DNA of 30,435 bases. Origin: Promethearchaeota archaeon. Its GTDB lineage: Archaea; Asgardarchaeota; Lokiarchaeia; Sigyniarchaeales; SOKP01. Numbering within the stretch: the first letter of the stretch is position 1; every line of letters starts with the position of its first letter. The notes beneath the pieces are model-generated. The model saw only the letters and a program-made list of their open reading frames with translations, searched no databases and was not told the origin of the DNA. The DNA lies in assembly GCA_016839745.1 (NCBI GenBank), contig JAEOTS010000189.1, forward strand, positions 1 to 30,435. The letters run 5' to 3'. Positions 8,557 to 16,082 of the stretch are shown piece after piece. Position numbers and translations under genes: made by a program.

Positions 8557-11500
8557 GTGCGTTGTATTATGGTCGAAATGAGCAAAGAAACAGAAGAATA
8601 TTTTTCAAACCTGCAAAAAGATGTAGATGAATGCTACGAAATTGCTGAAAATGCCCGCCAAAAAGGTTTAGATCCTGAAATCTTCGTAGAGTCTCCTCAA
8701 GCTAAAGATCTGGCGGGAAGGGTTGAAAAACTCGTGGGTCCTCAAGGAGTAGCTGAAATAATAAGGAATTTAAAGAATCAGGGTAAATCTGAAGATGAGA
8801 TTGTATTTCAAGTAGTTTCCGACATACTTGGAGAAAAAATTGGAATTATTGATTCACTTGAAGAAAGAGTTGAGCGAGCAATACGAGTCGGACTTGCTAT
8901 AAAAAGTGGGGCAGTTGTTAGTGCCCCACTTGAAGGGATATCAAAAATTTTAATACGAGAGGATCGTAACAACAATAAATATTTATCGTTGTACTTTGCT
9001 GGACCTATAAGAGCCGCAGGAGGGACAACACAAGCTTTATGTGTTTTGATAGCGGACTATGTGAGGAGAAAGTCAAATATACCAAAATACGAAGCGACTG
9101 AAGGTGAAATCGGGAGATACGTTGAAGAAGTTAAACTTTACGACAGAAGAGTTCATTTACAGTACCCCTCTTCAAACGACGAAATTCGATTTGCTGTGGA
9201 ACATTTACCCGTAGAAATTAACGGAGATTCCACTGAAGACGAAGAGGTTTCTGCCTTTAGGAACCTTCCGAGAATTGAAACGAATAAGATAAGAGGTGGT
9301 GCTTGCTTAGTTCTAAACGATGGCATCCTCCTTAAGGCTCCCAAACTTCTAAAGATTGCTAAAAGTATGAACCTTGAAGGTTGGGATTGGTTAGGGAAAC
9401 TGAAAGACATATCACAGAAAAGCGAAAAGAAAGTAGATTTAGATGCAACGGATAAAAACGGTAAAGTAATGATTCCCCCTAATTCAAAATTCGTTGCTGA
9501 TGTTATAGCCGGGAGACCTGTTTTTAGCCATCCTTCGGAAGTTGGTGGACATAGAATTCGATACGGAAGATCCCGAAACACAGGATTAGCAGCAGCTGGT
9601 TTAAATCCTATAACAATGACACTATTGGATGATTTTGTTGCTATTGGTACCCAATTAAGAATTGAAAGACCGGGAAAAAGTGCTAGTATCTGTCCGGTTA
9701 GTTCAATTGAACCCCCTATTGTAAAGTTAAAAGATGGGAGCGTTAAAAGAATTTCAACTATTAAAATGGCAAAAGAATGTTTTCAAGACATAGAAAAAAT
9801 TTTGTTTTTAGGTGATATCCTCTTTGGGTTTGGAGAATTTTCTGAAAACAATCATAAACTAGTTCCTTCGGGTTACGTCGAGGAGTGGTGGGCTCTAGAA
9901 TTAGAGGAAGCAATACAACATCAGCAAATTTCAGACTCAGAGTTGACTAAGTATATAGAAAATCCCTTTAATAATATACCTTCTGTTAAAGAAGCTTTAG
10001 ACATAGCGAAAAAATACGGTATTCCCCTTCATCCAATATATACTGACTTTTGGGGAAATATAACGGGCGGAGAATTATTAATTCTAAGGAATGCTTTAAT
10101 TTCCGGATACAATAATCATAAGAACAGAATCAACTTAAACTATTCTGAAGAATTGAAGGAAATTTTAGAAAAAGCGTTTATTTCTCATACGATTAATGAT
10201 ACTGATATATTATTAGATGATACAAAGAGTGAAATTTTTACAGCGATATTTAATTTAAAAAATAAAGATGATCTCAATTTCCCTAAAGATGGTGATGTTT
10301 TTGCACTTTTTTCGATGTTCTCCCCTATAGAGATAAGAAATAAGGCTCCATTTTTCATGGGCACTCGCATGGGACGACCAGAGAAGTCCGAAAGAAAAAG
10401 TATGAAAGGTGTCCAGAGTTTATTTCCTCTTAGTGGCAAGGTAGGGAACACAAGATCCGTAGAGAAAGCAGTAGAACTTGGAAAAGTGAAGATTGATATT
10501 TGTAGAAAGAAGTGTCCTAAATGTGATACAATTACTCCCTTTAACCGATGTCCCAAATGTGGAACACACACAATATTTCAGAAGATCTGTCTTAAGTGTA
10601 ATAAGTATTATCCTAAAAACGAAGAAAAATGTCAGCAATGCGGGGGTTTGTTAGAATTTTCTAAAGAAGCTTCCTTTAATATTAAAAATTATGCCAAATC
10701 TATGTCGAGCTCGTTAAATATAGTATTACCTAACAAATTTAAGGGAATTCTTGGTTTAACCAATAAGTTTAAAGTTCCAGAACCATTAATTAAAGGAATT
10801 CTTAGAGCTAAAAACAGATTGATGGTTTATAAGACTGCTGAAATACGCTACGATGCAACTGATATCCCATTGACTCATTTCAAACCAAAAGAAATTAAAA
10901 CACCTGTAAACAAATTATTACAATTGGGATATAAAAAAGATTACGAGAATAATGATTTAACCAATTCTGATCAAATATTAGAACTTCAAGTACAAGATGT
11001 CTTATTATCTGATGATTGCGCTGACTACTTCGTTAAGATTGCTAACTTCATAGACGATGAACTAGAATATTTTTATAAGATGGACAGATTTTATCAAATC
11101 TCGAAAAGGGAGGATTTAATTGGCCACTTAGCAGTAGGTTTAGCACCTCATACTAGTGCCGGAATAATAGGGAGAATTATTGGTTTTAGCCCTGCTCGAT
11201 CGATCTACGCTCACCCGTTTTGGCATGCTGCCAAACGTCGTAATTGCGATGGAGACGAAGATGGGATTATGCTTCTTTTAGATCCCCTATTGAATTTCTC
11301 TAGATACTATTTACCTAGCAAAATAGGGGGGAGAATGGACGCTACCCTCGTTATTTCTTCTGTGTTAGATCCTAATGAAATAGATAGTGAAGCTCATAAT
11401 ATTGACACCCTATTTAAATACCCTTTAGAGTTTTATGAGGCAACTCAGAATTATGTTATGCCGGTAGAAATTGAAGAAAAAATGAATTTAGTAAAAAAAC

Positions 11501-12003
11501 GATTAGGAACTTCCGATCAATACATAAATCTTGGTTTTAATATCCCAACTAGAGATATTAACGAAGGTCCTTTAACCACAGCTTATAAAACTTATATAAC
11601 TATGGATGAAAAAGTCGACGCTCAATTGCATCTTGCAAAGATTATTAAAGCTGTCAACGAGAAAAAGGTTGCTGAAAAAATTTTAGCTACTCATTTCAAC
11701 CCTGATATCTTAGGAAATTTAAGGAAATTTGCTGTGCAGAATTTTAGATGTGTAAAATGTAATGAAAAATTTGCCCGTCCACCCCTTTCAAACGCGGGAA
11801 AGTGTCCAAAATGTGGTAATAAAGTTATATTGACAGTTAATCGAGGAGGCATCGAAAAATACATCCCTAGAGCTATACAACTATGTAAAAATTTTAACTT
11901 AGACAAGTATACAATTCAGAGAATGGAATTAATAGAAGAATATGTTGCAAGTCTTGCTAATAATCCTAAAATAAAGCAACAGAAGTTATCTAATTTCTTT
12001 TGA
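8557..12003 (+). CDS. polC: DNA polymerase D large subunit DP2
   Basis: AGPIRAAGGT, RYGRSRNTG, RMGRPEK, catalytic RRNCDGDED, Zn fingers, C-terminal PIP box QQKLSNFF; ATG at 8569 is a likely alternative start; no intein seen. Confidence 0.98.
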   Translation: MRCIMVEMSKETEEYFSNLQKDVDECYEIAENARQKGLDPEIFVESPQAKDLAGRVEKLVGPQGVAEIIRNLKNQGKSEDEIVFQVVSDILGEKIGIIDSLEERVERAIRVGLAIKSGAVVSAPLEGISKILIREDRNNNKYLSLYFAGPIRAAGGTTQALCVLIADYVRRKSNIPKYEATEGEIGRYVEEVKLYDRRVHLQYPSSNDEIRFAVEHLPVEINGDSTEDEEVSAFRNLPRIETNKIRGGACLVLNDGILLKAPKLLKIAKSMNLEGWDWLGKLKDISQKSEKKVDLDATDKNGKVMIPPNSKFVADVIAGRPVFSHPSEVGGHRIRYGRSRNTGLAAAGLNPITMTLLDDFVAIGTQLRIERPGKSASICPVSSIEPPIVKLKDGSVKRISTIKMAKECFQDIEKILFLGDILFGFGEFSENNHKLVPSGYVEEWWALELEEAIQHQQISDSELTKYIENPFNNIPSVKEALDIAKKYGIPLHPIYTDFWGNITGGELLILRNALISGYNNHKNRINLNYSEELKEILEKAFISHTINDTDILLDDTKSEIFTAIFNLKNKDDLNFPKDGDVFALFSMFSPIEIRNKAPFFMGTRMGRPEKSERKSMKGVQSLFPLSGKVGNTRSVEKAVELGKVKIDICRKKCPKCDTITPFNRCPKCGTHTIFQKICLKCNKYYPKNEEKCQQCGGLLEFSKEASFNIKNYAKSMSSSLNIVLPNKFKGILGLTNKFKVPEPLIKGILRAKNRLMVYKTAEIRYDATDIPLTHFKPKEIKTPVNKLLQLGYKKDYENNDLTNSDQILELQVQDVLLSDDCADYFVKIANFIDDELEYFYKMDRFYQISKREDLIGHLAVGLAPHTSAGIIGRIIGFSPARSIYAHPFWHAAKRRNCDGDEDGIMLLLDPLLNFSRYYLPSKIGGRMDATLVISSVLDPNEIDSEAHNIDTLFKYPLEFYEATQNYVMPVEIEEKMNLVKKRLGTSDQYINLGFNIPTRDINEGPLTTAYKTYITMDEKVDAQLHLAKIIKAVNEKKVAEKILATHFNPDILGNLRKFAVQNFRCVKCNEKFARPPLSNAGKCPKCGNKVILTVNRGGIEKYIPRAIQLCKNFNLDKYTIQRMELIEEYVASLANNPKIKQQKLSNFF

Positions 12004-12102
12004 AGAAAAATTCATTGAATTAATAGGTCTTAAATATATGTTTTAAATTTTATTTTTCTGTTATAATTTAGACTCTATGTAGCTTACAAATATAATTAAA
12101 AA

Positions 12103-12187
12103 TGCAGGAGGAGGGATTCGAACCCTCGAACTCCTATGAGACTAGAGCCTCGGTCTAGCACCGTTGACCAGGCTTGGCAACTCCTGC
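12103..12187 (-). tRNA. tRNA-Leu (GAG)
   Basis: Acceptor GCAGGAG/CTCCTGC, discriminator A, anticodon arm CTAGA-CCGAGGC-TCTAG, long variable arm, T-arm GAGGG-TTCGAAT-CCCTC. Confidence 0.93.
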
Positions 12188-12450
12188 AAATATTCTAAAT
12201 AAAATCAGATATTTTTTTATTAATTTTCTTGAACTTAATAGCATTAAAGAATAGAAGCATTTAAAAATTTTTTTTTTGTTTTCTATGATTAGATAATAGT
12301 GAAATGAAGTAGATACTGACTTTAATAGGAGAAATTTACACATATCTTATAGGTATGTATTTAACAAAATTTTTATTCATAAGTTTTAAATAATTATATA
12401 ATTGGTTTGTTTAGAATTTGATTTAATAAGAAAAACGAAGTTGAGAAAGG

Positions 12451-13467
12451 ATGCCGGTTGATACAAAGAAATTAACGGCCTTACTCCAATGGTATAAACA
12501 GAGTTTGGGTGAGGATTTAGTTGCGGTGCTTGTCGTAAATAGAGATGGTTTAATTATGGATTCTTTAATTGGTTCTTCAGAAAAAACACTTGACGAAGAA
12601 ATTATTGGGGGAGTAAGCGCTTTAGTTGAACCGGTATTAACTAGAATCACGGAAGAATTTAGTTCAGGATCGTTTGGAACGGGAACTTTTGATACTGAAG
12701 AATATCGATTCATATTTTGCGAGTCCGGACCGGAAGCTGTTCTAGTTACCGTTTTGAATTCTTTATCTGGAGTAGACGCGGTTTTTCCATACGCTTATTT
12801 GGCAGCCGAAAAGATTGCAAGAATATTTGATGGAAGAACTGTGAGTCCCGTGATCCCAAAATTAGTTTTAGGACCTAGGGGAAACCAAATTCAGCGAAAA
12901 GTAGATAAAGTTCAAAAGGTTAGAATAAAATCCAAGGAATACGCTTTTAAATTAATTCTTGGAGGAGACGGAGCTGTAGGTAAGACGAGTATGGTGCATA
13001 GATATGTCGAAAATGTTTTTGCTAAAGATTACAAATCTACAATAGGAACATCAATTATGAAAAAAGAGTGCTCCTTTAAAGAGCTTGACAGCACCGTTAG
13101 GTTCATAATATGGGATTTAGCGGGGCAAGCTCAGTTCAAACGGGTTAGATTGTCGTATTTAGCTAATGCAGAAGCAGGAATTTTAGTTTATGACGTAACT
13201 AATCGAGCTAGTTTTGAAAATATAGATAAAAATTGGTACCAGGAGATTAAAAAAGTTTCTCCTAATATCGCACTTATTTTAGTTGGTAATAAGATAGATT
13301 TAAAGGAAGAAAGAGTTGTATCAAGCGAAGAGGGAGAATCGTTATCGAACAAATTAAAGATAACATATATTGAAACATCTGCTAAGACGGGAGAGAACAT
13401 AAATGATGCTTTCAAAATACTTGCTCTACAAATTATTAAAAAGTATATAGAAACGCAGGATGTATAA
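12451..13467 (+). CDS. Roadblock/LAMTOR-like domain fused to Rab-like small GTPase
   Basis: N-terminal VLVVNRDGLIM roadblock-type pattern; G1 GDGAVGKT, G2 STIG, G3 WDLAGQ, G4 NKID, G5 ETSAK. Confidence 0.92.
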   Translation: MPVDTKKLTALLQWYKQSLGEDLVAVLVVNRDGLIMDSLIGSSEKTLDEEIIGGVSALVEPVLTRITEEFSSGSFGTGTFDTEEYRFIFCESGPEAVLVTVLNSLSGVDAVFPYAYLAAEKIARIFDGRTVSPVIPKLVLGPRGNQIQRKVDKVQKVRIKSKEYAFKLILGGDGAVGKTSMVHRYVENVFAKDYKSTIGTSIMKKECSFKELDSTVRFIIWDLAGQAQFKRVRLSYLANAEAGILVYDVTNRASFENIDKNWYQEIKKVSPNIALILVGNKIDLKEERVVSSEEGESLSNKLKITYIETSAKTGENINDAFKILALQIIKKYIETQDV

Positions 13468-13468
13468 A

Positions 13469-13562
13469 TGGAGCCTTTGGGGGGAGTTGAACCCCCGATC
13501 TACTGATGATTCGAATCAATTAATATTACGAATCAGTTGCTCTACGACTAAGCCACAAAGGC
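13469..13562 (-). tRNA. tRNA-Thr (CGT) with 19-nt canonical 37/38 intron (13508-13526); CCA encoded
   Basis: Acceptor GCCTTTG/CAAAGGC followed by TCCA; ACTGA-TTCGTA^intron^A-TCAGT; BHB central helix TTCG/CGAA with bulges TA^A and TC^A. Confidence 0.93.
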
Positions 13563-13613
13563 TAGTAATTGAATATATTAAATATAAATTTTAAAAAATT
13601 ATAAAATTTTCTA

Positions 13614-14630
13614 ATGAAAAAAAACGATATCATTAGTGCAATCGGAGAAGTAAAGCTAATCCGTATTATTGAAGATATAATTCTTAAAAAAACAGGTAAA
13701 GAATTAATTAGGGACGATTCCTTTTTTTTTGAAATTGATAATAGGAAAGATAAAGATAATCTTGTTCTTAACTCGGATATGTTTAATGCTACAACTGACG
13801 CTCCTACACAAATGAATTTTTATCAGATGGGAAGGAAATCTGTTCTCATGAATATTAGTGATCTCGTTGTTAAGGGTGTAAAACCTGAAGGATTAATTGT
13901 TTCTTTAGGGCTCCCGGAAGATTTGAAAGTCCTAGATTTTAAAAGTTTAATTGAGGGCATTGTTGATTATTCTAAAGCATGGAATTTAAATTATCTTGGG
14001 GGAGATATTAATTCTTCACTCGAGCTTATTATAAATCCAACTGTATTTGGTTTTAAGAAGAGTAATAAAATAATTTACCGAAAAGGCGTAAAATCTGGTA
14101 ATATAGTAGCGATTAACAACAAATTTGGTCTGACAGGTGTAGGATTTGATATAATTTTAAACAGGAGTGGGAGGCTAGAAGATTTTTCTAAATATAAAAG
14201 AGCAATAAAAAGTGTGTTAGAGCCAAACGAATTGGGAATAGAAGGAATTATGTTGGCTGATAACGATTTAGCAACAGCTAGTATTGATTCTTCAGATGGT
14301 TTATCTAAATCTTTAAAAGATTTATTGTTGTCAATTCCTAATTTGGGTTTTGAGATCGAATTCAATGAAAATTTAATTCATCCAGATGCTTTACAATATT
14401 CTAAAGAATTTCAGATTTCACTTGAAAAATTAGTCTTTAGTGCGGGAGAAGAATTCATTCATCTTTTCACAATTGATAGAAAAGACTTTGAAACAGCCCG
14501 AAAGTTAGCTACTTCCGCAGGGGGGAAATTATTTAAAGTTGGTAAAGTAATTCCTGAGGAAAAAATCTATTATTTAAAAGAAGGTAAAAGGATTGAACTA
14601 AATTATCAAGGATATGAACATTTTCGGTGA
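13614..14630 (+). CDS. thiL: Thiamine-monophosphate kinase
   Basis: IGEVKLI, DD, NISDL, GGD, IDSSDGL, GEEF, C-terminal GYEHF. Confidence 0.88.
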   Translation: MKKNDIISAIGEVKLIRIIEDIILKKTGKELIRDDSFFFEIDNRKDKDNLVLNSDMFNATTDAPTQMNFYQMGRKSVLMNISDLVVKGVKPEGLIVSLGLPEDLKVLDFKSLIEGIVDYSKAWNLNYLGGDINSSLELIINPTVFGFKKSNKIIYRKGVKSGNIVAINNKFGLTGVGFDIILNRSGRLEDFSKYKRAIKSVLEPNELGIEGIMLADNDLATASIDSSDGLSKSLKDLLLSIPNLGFEIEFNENLIHPDALQYSKEFQISLEKLVFSAGEEFIHLFTIDRKDFETARKLATSAGGKLFKVGKVIPEEKIYYLKEGKRIELNYQGYEHFR

Positions 14631-14780
14631 ATCGCCCTAAGGATATAACTCTATATATGCAGAACATACATACTCACAGAAAAAGTTATAAATTATTCTA
14701 GATTTAATCTATTACAATTTTACCTAAGCATTATTTTCATAAATAGCTAGCATTTTGTCTTAGGAAAAATTCAAATTAAA

Positions 14781-14885
14781 GGGCCATTAGCGCAGAAAAT
14801 GTGCGCGATTAGCGCCTTTTGTGTAAGCAGGTAGCGCAGCAGGCTTTTAACCTGAAGGTCGTGGGTTCGATTCCCACATGGCCCG
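14781..14885 (+). tRNA. tRNA-Lys (TTT) with 31-nt non-canonical D-loop intron (14796-14826, position 15/16)
   Basis: Acceptor GGGCCAT/ATGGCCC-G; removing the intron gives D-arm GCGC-AGGCAGGTA-GCGC; anticodon arm GCAGG-CTTTTAA-CCTGA; T-arm GTGGG-TTCGATT-CCCAC; 74 nt mature. Confidence 0.9.
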
Positions 14886-14886
14886 T

Positions 14887-15780
14887 TTAATCTTTTTTTC
14901 CAAAATTTTTTGAAATGAAACTAGGTATTGGAGCATAACTCTTTTTTAGAATTATGTTTGTCTTTTGCTTAAATTGATTTATAATTTCATCTTGAATTGA
15001 ACTCAGATTATATCTATCAAATCCATTTATCTCTTTTATAATTATTAGAATAATTTCATTTTTTTCTGATATTATTCTCTTCTTCTTATCTCGAGCTTGC
15101 TGTATAAGAAATCGGTTTAAATTATCTCCATGAACTTGATTTGGGAATTTATCATGTTGAATTCCATCGTATTCAAAAGCAATTTTATAGGTTTTGTTGT
15201 TCAGAATAAGTTTATCATTAAAGCCATCAAACTTCAATCTACCTCCCAGATCTCCATGAGTACCCAAAGCTTTTTTTAATGTTGTTTCTGGAAATTTAAG
15301 TTTAAATAATCTTTCCATATAATACCGAGTTACTCTTTCACATAATTTTGATTGACACTTTGGGCACCATCTATTGTTATAGAGAATATCATTAACTCTA
15401 ACTCTAAACTTATGATATCTATCACAAGATAAGTTAATATTTCTCAGAGTTGGTGATTGTTCTTGGGTATTAAATTCTTCTTCTGTAGTAATAATCTCAC
15501 CTCTTCTTTCTAAAATCTTAATTTTAATATCTTTATATGCTATAGAATTAATTTGACGAGATCTTGAATTCCAAATAATATAAAACAGATTTTCAGCAGA
15601 CTCTTCACCATATTTTTTTATTAGAAATTCTCGGATCCATCTATTTACTGATGTTCGAGCTAATCCTAGTGATTTTGCAATACTTCGAATGCTCTTAATT
15701 TGTGAAATATCAGGATAATGCTGCAATTCCAATTCTAATTCATTAAATAATAAGGTTTTTTTTAAATCAATTGATTTCAT
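14887..15780 (-). CDS. Putative endonuclease: HTH + zinc ribbon + PD-(D/E)XK/Vsr-like domain
   Basis: SIRSIAKSLGLARTSVNRWI (HTH); CDRYHKF...WCPKC (Zn ribbon); E..LKFDGF...AFEYDGIQH...QQARDKKK (DUF559/Vsr-like nuclease). Confidence 0.8.
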   Translation of the reverse strand: MKSIDLKKTLLFNELELELQHYPDISQIKSIRSIAKSLGLARTSVNRWIREFLIKKYGEESAENLFYIIWNSRSRQINSIAYKDIKIKILERRGEIITTEEEFNTQEQSPTLRNINLSCDRYHKFRVRVNDILYNNRWCPKCQSKLCERVTRYYMERLFKLKFPETTLKKALGTHGDLGGRLKFDGFNDKLILNNKTYKIAFEYDGIQHDKFPNQVHGDNLNRFLIQQARDKKKRIISEKNEIILIIIKEINGFDRYNLSSIQDEIINQFKQKTNIILKKSYAPIPSFISKNFGKKD

Positions 15781-15865
15781 ATATTTTCAATATCTTATTC
15801 TATAATTATATGTAAAGGGAGTATAGATTTATCAATTAGGTTTGCAGGATTATAACGAACATTAA

Positions 15866-15938
15866 GCTTTTAACCTGAGGGTCATGGGTTCGATACACTC
15901 TTTCGTTAAGAATCGATGCGAAAATTCCACATGGCCCG
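15866..15938 (+). pseudogene. tRNA-Lys 3'-half fragment carrying a 30-nt T-loop (59/60) BHB intron (15895-15924)
   Basis: GCTTTTAACCTGAGGGTCATGGGTTCGAT[ACACTCTTTCGTTAAGAATCGATGCGAAAA]TTCCACATGGCCCG; no convincing 5' half; T-stem weakened by two substitutions. Confidence 0.8.
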
Positions 15939-16082
15939 TATTTTTCTATAATGAATATAGACTTTGAGTTCAGAGCTTAAAGACTATTCGAATACTTTCT
16001 AGATTTTTAAAAAACGATAACGATAATAATTAATTTCGCTGAAAATTAACAATTATATAAAACTCTTTTCAAATTAAATTGT

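Larger units (their letters stand above)
14843..15938. mobile_element. Putative minimal or remnant tRNA-Lys-integrated element bounded by att-like direct repeats
   Basis: 14843-14885 recurs at 15866-15938 (40/43 identical once a 30-nt insert is removed); the only cargo is a nuclease gene; no integrase. Confidence 0.65.

Noticed and set aside
12155-12343. 62-aa ORF
   Set aside because: It overlaps tRNA-Leu and its AT-rich promoter region.
12103-13562. Roadblock-Rab gene as an island between tRNA-Leu and tRNA-Thr
   Set aside because: No duplicated tRNA ends and no mobility gene.
15817-15843. Possible decayed 5' half of the second tRNA-Lys (GGGAGTATAG... in register with GCAGG)
   Set aside because: Only 11/27 ungapped identity, and it cannot form the acceptor or D stem, while the 3' half is 40/43 identical. 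Too weak to call.
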